The notes beneath the pieces are model-generated. The model was given only the letters and a program-made list of their open reading frames with translations. It was not told the DNA's origin and did not search any database. From the NCBI GenBank assembly GCA_965249555.1, contig OZ252243.1, positions 1,120,001-1,184,000 on the forward strand: a stretch of 64,000 nt of DNA, written 5' to 3'. Origin of the DNA: Nitrosopumilus sp. (GTDB taxonomy: Archaea > Thermoproteota > Nitrososphaeria > Nitrososphaerales > Nitrosopumilaceae). The translations under genes were made by a program, and so were the position numbers. Positions 1-8,322 of the stretch are shown here, piece after piece. Every line of letters starts with the position of its first letter. Within the stretch, counting starts at the first letter, position 1.

Positions 1-1
1 T

Positions 2-1138
2 ATTAGCATTGCACAAGAACAAGACTTTTTTTTCCAGACTGCAAACGCTGAAGAAATTCCAGTTGTTATAAAAACATACTATGATGAAGTTGATAATTTC
101 AAATTTGATCAATCTGACAATTCAATTTCTTTTGATATGCCATTTGATTGGAGTCCAGATTATGTCGACTTGGTACAAGTTGTGCATGAAGAAGTCAGAG
201 TTCCAAAATCATTTACACCTTATGCAGAAGGAAAACAATTCAAAGGATATGTTAATGGTATAGAAATTGATCAAAGAGCATTACTTAATGATCCTTATTC
301 ATATGAGGATACCAACATTGTTCATTTTCTAATTACAAAAAATGAATTACAAAAAATTAATCAAGCATTGGGACCAAATAACTATAACAACACAAAGATG
401 GACTTGAAACTAGTTCCACTTGGTAAAGTATCAAAAAGTTCAACTGAATTTTATCTTGTTGACACTACAAATTATGAAATACAAGTTCCAACCACTGTGA
501 ATATTTCATGGGATGGAAATTATGGTGCCGGTGATGACGTGCCTTTTGAAATAACATTCTTTGATGAAAACAGAGATCTCATTAAAGACATTAGGTATGC
601 AATTTCATTCATTGATGAGAATGAACAAGAATTAGAAAGATTCTCTGGAGATGATCCTCTAAATCCTGGTATTGTTTCTACAGAAGGAATTGATGTTCAA
701 AAAATCCGTATTCCATCACAAGGACAATACCGAATTGATATTCTAGTTTATGGAACAGGATTAGACTATGACGCAAAGTATGCTGGCATTGGTTCAGGAG
801 TTATTGAGATTGGACCAAGTCTCACAAACACTACATCACCTCCACTAAAAGTATCATCACCTTTCGCAATTCCATCATGGATTAAGAACAACGCAGGTTG
901 GTGGTCAGACGGTTCAATTGATGATGATTCATTTGTTCAAGGTATTCAATTTTTAATCAAAGAAGACATTCTAAAGATTCCGTCAACTACACAAGGTCCT
1001 AGTTCTGGTCCAAATGAAATTCCATCATGGATTAAGAACAACGCAGGTTGGTGGTCAGACGGTTCAATTGATGATGATTCATTTGTTCAAGGTATTCAAT
1101 TTTTAATCAAAGAAGGAATTTTGAGGATTCAATCATAA
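2..1138 (+). CDS. Secreted/surface protein with two C-terminal thaumarchaeal 'IPSWIKNNAGWW' domains (5'-partial)
   Basis: Frame is open from position 2 into ORF 137..1138; duplicated IPSWIKNNAGWWSDGSIDDDSFVQGIQFLIKE domain typical of Nitrosopumilus exported proteins. Confidence 0.8.
   Translation: MSIAQEQDFFFQTANAEEIPVVIKTYYDEVDNFKFDQSDNSISFDMPFDWSPDYVDLVQVVHEEVRVPKSFTPYAEGKQFKGYVNGIEIDQRALLNDPYSYEDTNIVHFLITKNELQKINQALGPNNYNNTKMDLKLVPLGKVSKSSTEFYLVDTTNYEIQVPTTVNISWDGNYGAGDDVPFEITFFDENRDLIKDIRYAISFIDENEQELERFSGDDPLNPGIVSTEGIDVQKIRIPSQGQYRIDILVYGTGLDYDAKYAGIGSGVIEIGPSLTNTTSPPLKVSSPFAIPSWIKNNAGWWSDGSIDDDSFVQGIQFLIKEDILKIPSTTQGPSSGPNEIPSWIKNNAGWWSDGSIDDDSFVQGIQFLIKEGILRIQS
868..1115 (+). repeat. 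Exact 98-bp intragenic direct repeat (868-965 and 1018-1115; 150-bp period)
   Basis: Identical sequence aattccatcatggattaag...ttaatcaaagaag occurs twice. Confidence 0.95.
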
Positions 1139-1171
1139 GTTTTTAAATAAATTTTGTAGAGTGATAGTGTA

Positions 1172-1378
1172 ATGAAAGACATCAATGATATCATGCCAAA
1201 AGTCCCAAACATGAGATGGGGCGCTTTGATGAACAAAGCACCAACTAATGACAAAGTCAGTGAAATGAATAAAATTTTTCCAAGTAATGGGAAATGGCAT
1301 ACTGTTTTTGAAGAAAAAGATCAAATTACAATTGATGGAAAGCAAATTCGTAAAAAAGATCCTACCAAGTGGACATAG
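1172..1378 (+). CDS. Small hypothetical protein
   Basis: 68-aa ORF fitting between neighbours with normal codon usage. Confidence 0.7.
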   Translation: MKDINDIMPKVPNMRWGALMNKAPTNDKVSEMNKIFPSNGKWHTVFEEKDQITIDGKQIRKKDPTKWT

Positions 1379-1423
1379 TTTTAATAATGTTATTATACGA
1401 TTTTTATCAAATCTAAACATCAA

Positions 1424-2200
1424 ATGTTTCCATTACGTGATGAAAATCCACATCCCCCAGGTTTCAAACCAAAAGTAACTGTAGCATTAATTATTGCCAA
1501 TGCAATTGTATTTTTTATTGAAGTAGCAATTACTGGACAGTTTTTTGATTTTTCAAATCAAAATGCATTTGTAATGTTTTATGATTGGGGGGCAGTTCCA
1601 AATTGTGTGACTGGTGCAACTTTTTCTACAATTGACTTTGGTGCAGGACCTGTTAGAATTTCATGTCCTAGTACTCCATACATCTCTTTGATTAGTTCAA
1701 CTTTCATGCATGGTGGTCTGCTTCACTTTGCTGGTAACATGTGGTTCTTGTGGATCTTTGGTGATAACATTGAACAAAAGTTTGGAAAAATAAAATTTCT
1801 TGGAATTTATCTAATGTGGGGAGTGACTTCAGGATTAGTTCACGTCTTTGGTGATCCAAGCAGTGTTATTCCTGCAGTTGGCGCATCTGGTGCAATTTCT
1901 GGAGTGCTAGGAGCATATCTTGTAATTTTCCCAAAAGCAAGGATTCAGACTTTCTTGATGATGGGATTCTTTTGGAGAATGATGCACATTCAAGCTCGAT
2001 GGTTCTTACCATTCTGGTTAGTCTTTCAGAACTTACTTCCATTCTTCATAGGAGGATTTGGTATTGCAGGTGGAGGAGTTGCATATCTTGCTCACATTGG
2101 TGGATTTGTGATTGGTTTAGCAACTGGTTACATCTACAAAAAAACACACAGTTCTGATTTTATGTATGGTACAAGATATGGTTACAGATCAGAGTATTGA
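1424..2200 (+). CDS. Rhomboid intramembrane serine protease
   Basis: FMHGGLLHFAGNMWFLWIFGDNIE, GASG catalytic Ser, AHIGG catalytic His. Confidence 0.95.
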   Translation: MFPLRDENPHPPGFKPKVTVALIIANAIVFFIEVAITGQFFDFSNQNAFVMFYDWGAVPNCVTGATFSTIDFGAGPVRISCPSTPYISLISSTFMHGGLLHFAGNMWFLWIFGDNIEQKFGKIKFLGIYLMWGVTSGLVHVFGDPSSVIPAVGASGAISGVLGAYLVIFPKARIQTFLMMGFFWRMMHIQARWFLPFWLVFQNLLPFFIGGFGIAGGGVAYLAHIGGFVIGLATGYIYKKTHSSDFMYGTRYGYRSEY

Positions 2201-2233
2201 AAACATAAATCGCTGAATCTATTTGGAATTATC

Positions 2234-2410
2234 ATGCCCTTGATTACAGTATCAATGTATCCTGGTAGAACACAGCAACAAAAAGATGAATTTGCAAAAG
2301 CAATCACAAAATCAGCAGTAGATATTCTCAAAACAAAAGAAAATCATGTAATTGTTGTTTTTGAAGACAATCCTAAAGAAAATTGGTTTTTAGCAGGGAA
2401 GCAGTTGTGA
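2234..2410 (+). CDS. 4-oxalocrotonate tautomerase family protein (58 aa, missed by ORF track)
   Basis: Own translation MPLITVSMYPGRTQQQKDEFAKAITKSAV...ENWFLAGKQL; catalytic Pro follows the initiator Met; GR motif. Confidence 0.9.
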   Translation: MPLITVSMYPGRTQQQKDEFAKAITKSAVDILKTKENHVIVVFEDNPKENWFLAGKQL

Positions 2411-2784
2411 ATATCTGGTTATTTGTGTTCTAGTGTATAGTACGAGAAAATCATCTTTGTATGATACAAATCTAGATTTTTTATTATTTTAACAAAAAAG
2501 ATTGGGTCAAATTGCCCAATCCTTGGACGGTAGTAAACTAGCAGATGACTATTCTAGGAATACCATTAATCATTTGAGAAATTTCATTTAAAAGAGAATA
2601 GTAGGAATCATCAGTACGATCTATATACTATTTTTTCAAACTTAATTCAATTGGAACTGTCACCAAACAACTAATCATTGCTGGTCTTAAGATCCAATTA
2701 TCAAGATATTTTTTGTGCTTATTTACAATCATTCTAAAATGTAAACGAGTTTATCCTTTTATTGTCATTTGATTAATCAATCAT

Positions 2785-3591
2785 ATGAAAGTTGGAGTTG
2801 TTCAATTCAAAGCGTCAACTAAAAAAGAAGATAATCTAAAAAAAATTATTACATATATTTCAAAAGCATCTTCAAAAAATGCAACATTATGTGCATTTCC
2901 AGAATTTATGATGTTCTATACAAATTCTTCTCAAACTGCAAAACAACTTACAAACTTGGCTGAAACAATTAATGGAAATTTTGTTACAACGATTGCAAAA
3001 GCTGCAAAAACAAATCACATTCAAGTTATAGGCACATTTTATGAAAAGAGTAGAAAAAAAGATCGTGTATATGATACTTCTTTTGTAATTGACAAATCAG
3101 GTAAAGTAATCTCAACTTATAGGAAAATTCATCTTTATGATGCGTTGGGATTTAGAGAATCAGATAAAATGGTTTCAGGTTCTAAGATTACAAAGCCTGT
3201 AAAGACATCTCTTGGAAAAATTGGCATGATGATTTGTTATGATTTAAGATTTCCAGAGATAGCAAGAGCACTTGCTGTTGCAGGATCTGAAGTTTTAGTT
3301 GCACCTTCTGCTTGGGTAAAAGGTAACATGAAAGAAGAACATTGGATTACAATAAACAAAACACGAGCAATTGAAAATGGATGTTATGTAATTTCACCTG
3401 ATCAAGTTGGAAATATTTACTGTGGAAGAAGTTTAGTAGTTGATCCATATGGAAAAATTTTGCTTGACATGAAAAAGAAACAAAGTATAGGTTTTGTTAA
3501 CATTGATCTGAACAAAGTAAAACAAACAAGAAAAGTTTTACCATTGCTTAAAAACAGAAGAACAGATATCTATTCTACTTTGAAGGCTTAG
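2785..3591 (+). CDS. Carbon-nitrogen hydrolase (nitrilase superfamily)
   Basis: FPE, YRKIHLYD and ICYDLRFPE supply the Glu-Lys-Cys triad. Confidence 0.95.
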   Translation: MKVGVVQFKASTKKEDNLKKIITYISKASSKNATLCAFPEFMMFYTNSSQTAKQLTNLAETINGNFVTTIAKAAKTNHIQVIGTFYEKSRKKDRVYDTSFVIDKSGKVISTYRKIHLYDALGFRESDKMVSGSKITKPVKTSLGKIGMMICYDLRFPEIARALAVAGSEVLVAPSAWVKGNMKEEHWITINKTRAIENGCYVISPDQVGNIYCGRSLVVDPYGKILLDMKKKQSIGFVNIDLNKVKQTRKVLPLLKNRRTDIYSTLKA

Positions 3592-4045
3592 ACTTTCGAC
3601 TTTCACAATTAAAGTTTGAACATTGTTTAGTCCATTTTTGATTTCGTGAATAACGAAAAATTATCATTGGCCATTTGCATACATCACAAGGTTTCTTTGT
3701 TGCTCTAAGTTTTGCTTTTTGTAATAACGGTGATGATGCTTTACATCCTCCATAATAGTTCGAACAGCCCATAAATCGCTTTCTTGTTTTTGGTGATCTA
3801 ATAACCATTAACTCTCCAAGTTTACAATGAGGACATTGTACCAGCCCTTTTTTTGGAGCATTAGTTCCTAGAATCATGTATTTTTTCTCTTTTGCAGACC
3901 AAGATAGGAATCCATTACTATCAAAGTATTGAATAATTTCTTTTTTGAAGACGTTAGTTTGTGACTTTGTAGTTTTTGCTACATGTCTCATTATGGTTTT
4001 TTTTATCTGAACAATTTGAATTTTCTTCTTCTTTGGTGACATCAT
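3575..4045 (-). CDS. Topoisomerase C4 zinc-ribbon domain protein
   Basis: CPHCKLGELMVIRS...FMGCSNYYGGC and second CDVC...CSNFNC; ATG at 4045 avoids overlap with the thiolase. Confidence 0.85.
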   Translation of the reverse strand: MMSPKKKKIQIVQIKKTIMRHVAKTTKSQTNVFKKEIIQYFDSNGFLSWSAKEKKYMILGTNAPKKGLVQCPHCKLGELMVIRSPKTRKRFMGCSNYYGGCKASSPLLQKAKLRATKKPCDVCKWPMIIFRYSRNQKWTKQCSNFNCESRKSKPSK

Positions 4046-4085
4046 GATAAATTTACTAAAACAATTTTTATAGGGACTTGGGTCA

Positions 4086-5249
4086 GTGACATTAGTGGAA
4101 AAGGTTTGTGTTCTTGGTGCTGGTAGTACCAAATATGGTAAATTGGCTGATAGTATAGCCGATATCACTACTCAAGCATCAGTTTCAGCCATAGAAAGCG
4201 CAGGAATTGTTACAAAAGATATCAAAGCATCCTACATTTCAAATGTCTTTGGAGTTGCAGATAAGCAAGTACATCTTGGTCCTGTCTTAATGAGCAGATT
4301 AGGAATTCCAGATAAACCATCATTGACAATAGAGTCTGCATGTGGAAGTGGCTCTGTATCTTTTAGAGAGGCTTATGCAAATGTTGCAGCCGGATTTTAT
4401 GATTGTCTTTTGGTAACTGGTGTTGAAAAAGTAACTCACACAGGAACTGAATGGACAACAACTTACTTTGCATATTGTTCAGACTTTTTCTATGAAGGTC
4501 AAGCTGGTGCGTCATTTCCAGGATTATTTGCATCAATGGCAAGAGCTTATTTGACAGAGTTTGATGCAACTGAAGAAGATTTTGCAAAAGTTGCAGTAAA
4601 GAATCATGATAATGGTGTACTTAATCCAAAAGCTCACATGCAAAAGAAAATTACAATTGATGATGTAATGAATTCTCCAGTAGTTGCAAGTCCTCTCAAA
4701 CTTTATGATTGTTGTCCATTCTCTGATGGTGCAAGCTCTGTAATTCTTTGTTCTGAAAAGTTTGCAAAAGAAAATGGTGGCGATTACATTGAAGTAATTG
4801 GTTCTGGTAGAGGTGGTTCATCCGCTGCATTGCAAGGACGTGAACATCTAACAACAATTCCAAGTACAAAAATTGCAGCAGAAGCTGCATACAAAATGGC
4901 AGGCATTACAGCAAAAGATATAGACTTTGCTGAAGTACACGATTGCTTTACAATTGCAGAAATAGTTGACACTGAAGACTTGGGATTCTTTGAAAAAGGA
5001 AAAGGTGTTGAAGCTATTCGTGAAGATAAAACAAAATTAAATTCTGATATTTCAATTAATCCCTCAGGTGGTCTTAAATCAAAAGGACATCCAATTGGAG
5101 CTACAGGTGTTGGACAAGTAGTAGAAGTATTTGATCAACTTACCGGAAATGCTGGTCAAAGAACTGTTAACGATGCAAAAATTGGTTTAACTCATAACTT
5201 TGGCGCAACTGGTGCAAGTTGTGCTGTTCATGTGTTCCAAAGTGTGTAA
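4086..5249 (+). CDS. Acetyl-CoA acetyltransferase (archaeal SCP2-type thiolase)
   Basis: ESACGSG, EVHDCF, GGLKSKGHPIGATG motifs. Confidence 0.95.
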   Translation: MTLVEKVCVLGAGSTKYGKLADSIADITTQASVSAIESAGIVTKDIKASYISNVFGVADKQVHLGPVLMSRLGIPDKPSLTIESACGSGSVSFREAYANVAAGFYDCLLVTGVEKVTHTGTEWTTTYFAYCSDFFYEGQAGASFPGLFASMARAYLTEFDATEEDFAKVAVKNHDNGVLNPKAHMQKKITIDDVMNSPVVASPLKLYDCCPFSDGASSVILCSEKFAKENGGDYIEVIGSGRGGSSAALQGREHLTTIPSTKIAAEAAYKMAGITAKDIDFAEVHDCFTIAEIVDTEDLGFFEKGKGVEAIREDKTKLNSDISINPSGGLKSKGHPIGATGVGQVVEVFDQLTGNAGQRTVNDAKIGLTHNFGATGASCAVHVFQSV

Positions 5250-5250
5250 A

Positions 5251-5616
5251 ATGTCCGTTGAAGAGCAACTTATTGAAAATGCCAAACAAGGCAAACTCCT
5301 AACTCACAAATGCACTGATTGTGGTTATCTTCATTTGTCTACAGCCTATTATTGCCTAAAATGTGGCAGCAAGGGATTTGAGGATGTCCTTTTAGATGGT
5401 GTAGGCACAATTGCCACTTATACCATAATTACTGTCGCTCCTGCAGGCTTTGAAAAATATACACCATATGCCTTTGTCGTACTTCAACTAGATGACACAC
5501 ATTTGAGAATTTCTGGATTTATGGCAGGAATTGCTACCCCTGAAGATCTGCCGGTTGGAATAAGAGCTAAAATAACAGGTTTTGATGATCGTGGAATCAT
5601 CATTGAAAAACAGTAA
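5251..5616 (+). CDS. DUF35 Zn-ribbon/OB-fold protein (thiolase partner)
   Basis: CTDC...CLKC ribbon, TYTIITVAP; directly after the thiolase; ATG at 5251. Confidence 0.9.
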   Translation: MSVEEQLIENAKQGKLLTHKCTDCGYLHLSTAYYCLKCGSKGFEDVLLDGVGTIATYTIITVAPAGFEKYTPYAFVVLQLDDTHLRISGFMAGIATPEDLPVGIRAKITGFDDRGIIIEKQ

Positions 5617-5686
5617 AATAATTTGCTTGAATTATTAAAAAAAATCAAAATCGATTCTTAATAATTTTGCATAAGTGATCATTTTC

Positions 5687-5848
5687 ATGTCTGTAGAAGT
5701 TACATGTGGTAAATGTGGAGAAAAGATTACAAACATGAAGATGTTAAAATCCCTAAAAGATGTAATGAACTCATATAGTGGTAAGTGTCCATCATGTGGA
5801 CAGAAACTTTCTACATCCGAGTTTTCACTTGACGTCAAAGAAAACTGA
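5687..5848 (+). CDS. Small Zn-ribbon protein (53 aa, missed by ORF track)
   Basis: Own translation MSVEVTCGKCGEKI...GKCPSCGQKLSTSEFSLDVKEN with two CxxC motifs. Confidence 0.8.
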   Translation: MSVEVTCGKCGEKITNMKMLKSLKDVMNSYSGKCPSCGQKLSTSEFSLDVKEN

Positions 5849-6003
5849 TCCCAAAAGATCTCTTGACATAATCATTTTTCTATTTTTTTAAAAATTAGAT
5901 CTTTAAAATTAGAAATCTTTGTCTGTTAACAACAAATCTGATCAAAAACTGTCTGAATTGGTGCAGTCATAAGTCTTATTTACCTCTTGATTAAGAAAAA
6001 TGC

Positions 6004-8118
6004 ATGGAATTGGAAGAAGAATTAGATTCTGACTTAGATTCAGAACCAGAACTAAAGAGAAGTGGAATTTTACAGTCCACATCAAAACGTGTCAGAATGA
6101 TCTTCTCTGTTATGGCAAGTCCAAATAGAATTGATATTCTCCGAATCCTAAATTCTAAGGGTCCTTTGACTTACTCTGAATTAAAATCCCTGGCTGGATT
6201 CAAGTCTAAAAAAGAAAGTGGTAAATTTGCATATCACTTGAGAAAACTACTAAGACAATCCCTTGTTGCACTTAACAAATCTGAAAGACGTTATACTATT
6301 ACAAATCTTGGAAAACTAGTTTTGAGCTTGGCAAGACAAATTGAAGAAAGATCAATTATTGAAAGTGGGAAAATGTATGTTAGAACATCACATGAATCCA
6401 TTGAAGAGTTTAACTCTCATAAAATTATTCAATCACTAGTACGTGAAGGAAGTCTTCCATTAGAATTAGCACAAAAAATTACTGAAGAAGTTGAAAATAG
6501 AATTTACAAATATCAGACCACCTATCTAACAGGCTCACTTATCAGAGAACTGGTAAATTCCGTTCTATTAGAACATGGTCACGAGGAATATAGAAACAAA
6601 CTAGCACGCCTAGGTCTGCCTGTTTTTGATGTTCAGGAGATGATTTCCAACTTGGATAATGCGAATAACGGTGCTGAAGGCTTGCTGTTTAACACTGGAC
6701 AGAGAGTATTTGCTGAACATTTACTTACTAATATCCTACCAAAAGATGTTGCAGATTCTCATCTTTCTGGAGACTTGCATGTTACCAATCCTGGAATCTG
6801 GTCCATGATTCCTGATACAATATTTGTTAATGTTAAAGAATTGATTGAAGATGGAATTGTTCTTGGTGGCAAATATCTTGGCATATCAAGAATTCCTGCA
6901 TCAAAACAACTTGATGAGATTACAAGTTCATTATCTATCATAATTTCTCTTCTTTCCAAAGAAGCTTCACAAGAAATTGTGCTTGATGGACTAGTTCAGG
7001 TGTTTTCAAAACATTCAAAATCTCTTCCAGAACTTGAACAAAAACTAACTAATGCATTTGCAACTGCATCCACATCTTCCCAATACACCAAAAAAAGTAC
7101 TAACATCTCAATTCGATTACAGTTGGGAACTGATACAAAAATAATCAATTCAATTATTACTGCATACAAAAATTATACAAAGATAACACCAATCCCAAAA
7201 ATTGGTCTGATAATAGATCATGACAAAGGAAAGATAACTGATGTCTCAGCATCAGTATCAGAAATAATTTCACTTGGTGGAAAAGTAATGTTTGCTCAAG
7301 GTCAAACGTCTAGTAATGGTGTAACAAATGGATCTATAAAGAACACAGGCCCACTTTCAATAACACTGCAATCTATTTCTATAAATCTTCCAAGACTTGC
7401 ATTTGAATCAAACAAAGATGAAACTTACTTTAGAGCAAGACTTGCATTACTAATGAAACCTGCGTTATCTTCAATGGCATTAAGAAAGAAAGATATTTCA
7501 GATCTTACTAGAAGAGGACTTAACCCAATTCTTGCAAAGAATACTCAATACATGCAACGAAGTTCTGTTTCTCTTGTTGTAAACTTGGTAGGACTTAAAG
7601 AATCAGTCTTTAACATCCTTGGATTAAAAGACAACAAAGAAGGACGTAATATTCTTCACAAAGTTATTGAAACCGCAGTTGACGTTGCAGCCAAAAAAGG
7701 CAAAGAATTAGGTGCTCCTGTGGCTATTTGTATGACTGAAACTGAAGGTTCAAATCGTTTTACTACTCTTGATGGTGAGAAATATGGCAAGAATTCTGCC
7801 CTCAATTCAATGGATGGTGATTCCTATTCTGAAGGAGTGGTGATAAATGCCTCTGAAATTGGTGGCTATACCAACAAAAGTGAGCTTATCACCGAGTGTA
7901 CAAAGTTCTCAAAATTACTTAATGGAGGATTACTTGTAACATTGAAAATTGACAAAGATGCAAAGGTTGATGAAATCAAAAAATCAATTGAGAAAGCATC
8001 TACGCTTGTCTCTTCTTTTAAACCTGTTAAGAAAATTGCAATATGTGGTGAGTGTGGTTTCAAAGATGAACCATTTGAAGACAAGTGTCCAAGGTGTAAG
8101 TCACCATACATTGTCTGA
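6004..8118 (+). CDS. ArsR-type HTH + ATP-cone + degenerate class III RNR (NrdD-like) fusion protein
   Basis: N-terminal wHTH (PNRIDILRIL...FAYHLRKL), ATP cone (YVRTSHESIEEFNSHKI), NrdD-like LPKDVADSHLSGDLHV and SINLPRLA, terminal CxxC..CxxC; no glycyl-radical motif. Confidence 0.8.
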   Translation: MELEEELDSDLDSEPELKRSGILQSTSKRVRMIFSVMASPNRIDILRILNSKGPLTYSELKSLAGFKSKKESGKFAYHLRKLLRQSLVALNKSERRYTITNLGKLVLSLARQIEERSIIESGKMYVRTSHESIEEFNSHKIIQSLVREGSLPLELAQKITEEVENRIYKYQTTYLTGSLIRELVNSVLLEHGHEEYRNKLARLGLPVFDVQEMISNLDNANNGAEGLLFNTGQRVFAEHLLTNILPKDVADSHLSGDLHVTNPGIWSMIPDTIFVNVKELIEDGIVLGGKYLGISRIPASKQLDEITSSLSIIISLLSKEASQEIVLDGLVQVFSKHSKSLPELEQKLTNAFATASTSSQYTKKSTNISIRLQLGTDTKIINSIITAYKNYTKITPIPKIGLIIDHDKGKITDVSASVSEIISLGGKVMFAQGQTSSNGVTNGSIKNTGPLSITLQSISINLPRLAFESNKDETYFRARLALLMKPALSSMALRKKDISDLTRRGLNPILAKNTQYMQRSSVSLVVNLVGLKESVFNILGLKDNKEGRNILHKVIETAVDVAAKKGKELGAPVAICMTETEGSNRFTTLDGEKYGKNSALNSMDGDSYSEGVVINASEIGGYTNKSELITECTKFSKLLNGGLLVTLKIDKDAKVDEIKKSIEKASTLVSSFKPVKKIAICGECGFKDEPFEDKCPRCKSPYIV

Positions 8119-8322
8119 AATTCGTAAATGAAAAACTAGTTACGATCATTTTTCAAAACTTTTTGATCAGTTTTAGATGTAGCGATCATTGTTTTCATTG
8201 TTAAAGTTTTTTCAATATGAGCTTCATACTAGATGTGTCAACATTATTGAACCGAGCTTTGAGAAAAAATTGCAGAATCATTTATACCCACATCTATCAT
8301 AACACCTACGGGGAGACTATAA

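Noticed and set aside
6004-8118. Functional anaerobic ribonucleotide reductase nrdD
   Set aside because: No glycyl-radical motif, no adjacent activase, and an N-terminal HTH
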